Shown piece by piece: positions 60,816 to 64,000 of a DNA stretch of 64,000 nucleotides. Positions within the stretch are counted from its first letter, which is position 1; each line of letters opens with the position of its first letter. Source of the stretch: Amphiscolops sp. MND2022. Its lineage: Eukaryota. The translations under genes were made by a program, and so were the position numbers. Under the pieces are notes generated by a model. It ran no database searches, was not told where the DNA came from, and saw only the letters and a list, made by a program, of their open reading frames with translations. The stretch spans positions 40,424,001-40,488,000 of the forward strand of contig OZ076420.1 in the NCBI GenBank assembly GCA_964187785.1, in the 5' to 3' direction.

Positions 60816-63800
60816 CTGGTCCATTGCTATTCAAGCTTCACACTGATAAAATCACGCACAGAAGAAGCCCGCTGAGCAGCGGGAAAATGTCAGCCCCAAA
60901 GTTATTCAAAAACGATTATGTTTAGGAAGTCAGTGTATCATGTAAACTTCGGTCTCTCAAAAAAATTGAAAGGACGGAACGTTTGATACTGTCGGTCCAT
61001 CTTGACAGTTTGCGGCTCATTTTTTGGAAGATTTTTTCCGCAGAAGAAAACGCCGATTACTAAATGTTTTGTTGTTTGAATCTTTGGTTAGTCATGCTCA
61101 TGAAAGCATCTGACGAAAAACCAAATTGCATAAAACAGTCGATAGTTGAGAACAATGGAGTAAAAGTTCAATCACACTGTTCAACGGTGAGAAGCAGAGC
61201 AGAGGTCGAACAAGCACTTAATCCAGAAAACAATAACTTGTAACGCGATGATACTAAAATGAAAAAAAATCCTTAAAGGTTTTCATTAACAATGTGCTCG
61301 CTAGCGTAAAAAACTTGTTGAACACACACAGCAAAAATCGGTTCATTAGGGCACTTTTTGCACAAAACTACCTAAATATTGACTTCCGAAATGTATGTTG
61401 AGTGATCAAGCCGTTCCATTTTCAAATTTTATGGATCTTCATAGCCACGTTAACACCCAAAGCTTACCAAAATGCTCGGAATCTTCCAAAAAATGAAGAA
61501 TGTGAAATTTTCGGTGCATTTCTTGCAATTCTGTATAAAACAGAGCGTTTCTCGAAAACAGTACGCTTTTTCGACAAAGCGTTGTGGTTTAACTCTGAGA
61601 GTATGATAGACAAAAGGTAAAATGGTCGAAATTGACAATTTTGGCGTTTTGCTACTTTTTTGGTCATTATGATGTATTAGTCTCCCAAAAAACGTAGGAC
61701 TTCCTTCTTCAAATGGTTGCAATGTTGGCAAGTATCATGATTCGAATTCGGTGTTTAGTAACCCCACAAAGACAAGAAAATTAGTTCGAATTTTTCTTCT
61801 TCAAAATTAAGTACGTGTAATTTCCAGCTCTGTGTATTTGTTTACCCACAAAAACGTCCCAACATTGATTAGGCTTGGCATAAAAACATCAAAAATTAAA
61901 AAGAAATAGCCTTTTTAAGGCGTTTTGAATACTTTTTCTCGGATTTCTCTTTCAAAAATGGTGAATAGGTATTTATTCCGTCCTTGAACTTTGTGTATAA
62001 GTAGTATTCCCCACCAATACAACCGAAAAAAAACCTACCAAACCGTGCAGTAAAAAGTCAAAAAAAGTGCGAACAATGCTTTCTTAGATCGTTTTAGAGC
62101 CTTTCCAAGTTTTAAATTACCAAGTATCAAAGGTATCTTCAAATAGTAGTTCCTTCATTTTTGAAACCTGTAGATATCATTCCTTCAGAAACATCGCGCA
62201 TGTGTACAGAAATTGCCTGAAATTGTCCAAAGAGGAAAAAAACGTCGTTCGTTTTTAGGGACTTCTGTGTGGGACTTTGGGCTATTTTGGTGTCATTCAT
62301 GGGTCATTTTGATTATGACCAGAAGGCTCAAAAATATCTACAAAAACGTATCCCAAGAAAATTATGTTTTTGGTTGTTGATTGCTGAGGAGGAACTTTTA
62401 TGCTCTTGTGTAGATACCTTTCTTCTTCTCCTTGGTGGAAGTTCTGTTCCTTCGGTTGCTTAAAATTTCATGTTAAAGTGAGTCTTTTCCCAATGGAATT
62501 TGTTTTGTTTGGCCGACGCTCGCCGAACATTAAATGTTGAAAAAGACCTAACATGGAATTTCCCAATACTTCCGAGAAAAGTTACACAGTGTCGTCACTT
62601 TCATGCGACTATACTGAACTCTCTCACTCACTCTGATATCAATCCAAGTTACATTAAATGCATCATGTTGTACGTTTTTGACGTTTTCCGCTGTCTAATT
62701 TGGCTTCGGGTTCCAATGTGGGCCCGTTGATGTTAAGTCTACTTTTGTGTTTGGGTCTTTTTTAATCCTTCCAAAATTACTTGAAGCTGTTGAATAACTT
62801 TTTCATTGATGATTTGCAAGGTTTGTGTGATTGGACTTGCTTTCAACTCCTCAAATTATTCTTCATTTGGTGGGAAACAATTCCTCAACTAATCTCACTG
62901 TTTTCAGCGCAATTACTGTTCATCATTGATCTAAATTACACTCTACGAGAGTTTCTGATTTCAACAGGCGGATTGGCCGGAAATTCAATTTCTGATTCTT
63001 TTCCCAAAGAGTTCTTTTCAAATTCATTTGTTATATCGTTTCCTAGCATAACATTCATATTTTCCAACTATGACGGAACCTCAGGTTGTCGAGACATTTA
63101 TACCCTCGGTTTCTGCTTCCCGTTAGTATGGCATTGCAAGAACTAGGTTAACTTCAACAATGTATTATAGTTCTGATGATGTTTCTACGTTATTCTCACT
63201 GCTTACTCAACAAAAGTGCAACCCTTTTCTCTGTACTTTGATAGTAACGAAAGCAATTGAACTGATTTGAGTTTGGGTTGTAACGAAGTGTGTCCTCTCT
63301 TACTCGAGGTCTGGGTATATACCCAAATGGGCATGACAGTCGAAACAATTTTTTTGGTCATGCTGCTACAAATAGCTCATTGTCACACTGACGTAACGTT
63401 CATATAAATGTTATAAAGAGAAATACGTCACATAGGTCTGGGGGACGGGGGTTCTGCCGTATGCCTTTCATTATTATACTGAGTAATGATTCGCACATTG
63501 CGTAAATAACCTAACTGGATTCTTTGGAAATTTTTAGTAGCGTCTTTGTAGTGGAGTTGGTTGTGAAGTAGCTTTAATGGCAGACTTCAAGTCAGTGTGA
63601 CTATAATGATCAATGAATCAATGTGATTAGTGGATGTGTCAATAGACTGAAACGGAACTTTAGTTCAGTTGAACGCGTTTTCTTCATTGGTATACGGTTA
63701 AATAAGTTTAAGCTATCGCAATTTCCAATACAATTACAAACAAAACTTTGTTGCTCCGGCTTGATCAGAACTATATGATATGTTTTATTGCTTCCAATAT

Positions 63801-64000
63801 CTGAGAATTCAAGTCAGATCTGATTTCATCTAACTTTCTTGTATTCTGAATTGTAAATTCACTATTGATCATTCTAACAGTTTCAACTGTTATTTCACTG
63901 TTTTCTCTACTGTTTGTCTTTAGTAATTATCTAAATTCTTAACTGTTTGGATTAGTGTTTCTCTGTAGTTTATCAGACTCTTTTTCCTCATCTAACTGAC

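Overview
AT-rich eukaryotic (metazoan) genomic DNA with spliceosomal introns. One host gene is clear: a RECK orthologue on the + strand (14 phase-compatible exons, 14381-34411, plus two weaker upstream exons). Three full-length LTR retroelements lie on the - strand, each with paired TG...CA LTRs, a PBS, a PPT and a target-site duplication. (1) Ty3/Gypsy, 1309-13611: gag, -1 frameshift, pol, an env resembling chuvirus G / herpes gB (class III fusogen), an intact extra 519-aa ORF, and three covarying hairpins in the leader. (2) BEL/Pao, 35867-45146: nested in a non-autonomous Helentron-type element, with tRNA-derived Pol III boxes in both LTRs and a decayed SGNH-like ORF upstream of gag. (3) An older Ty3/Gypsy, 47202-60815: decayed class I (furin site plus fusion peptide) env disrupted by a duplicated fold-back inversion. 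Also present: DINE-1/HINE-like repeats, a hAT MITE, tRNA-like SINE relics and an orphan 196-aa membrane ORF in a RECK intron. Protein family calls come from motif comparison by eye and from memory; no database searches were run. Identities are estimated by eye.
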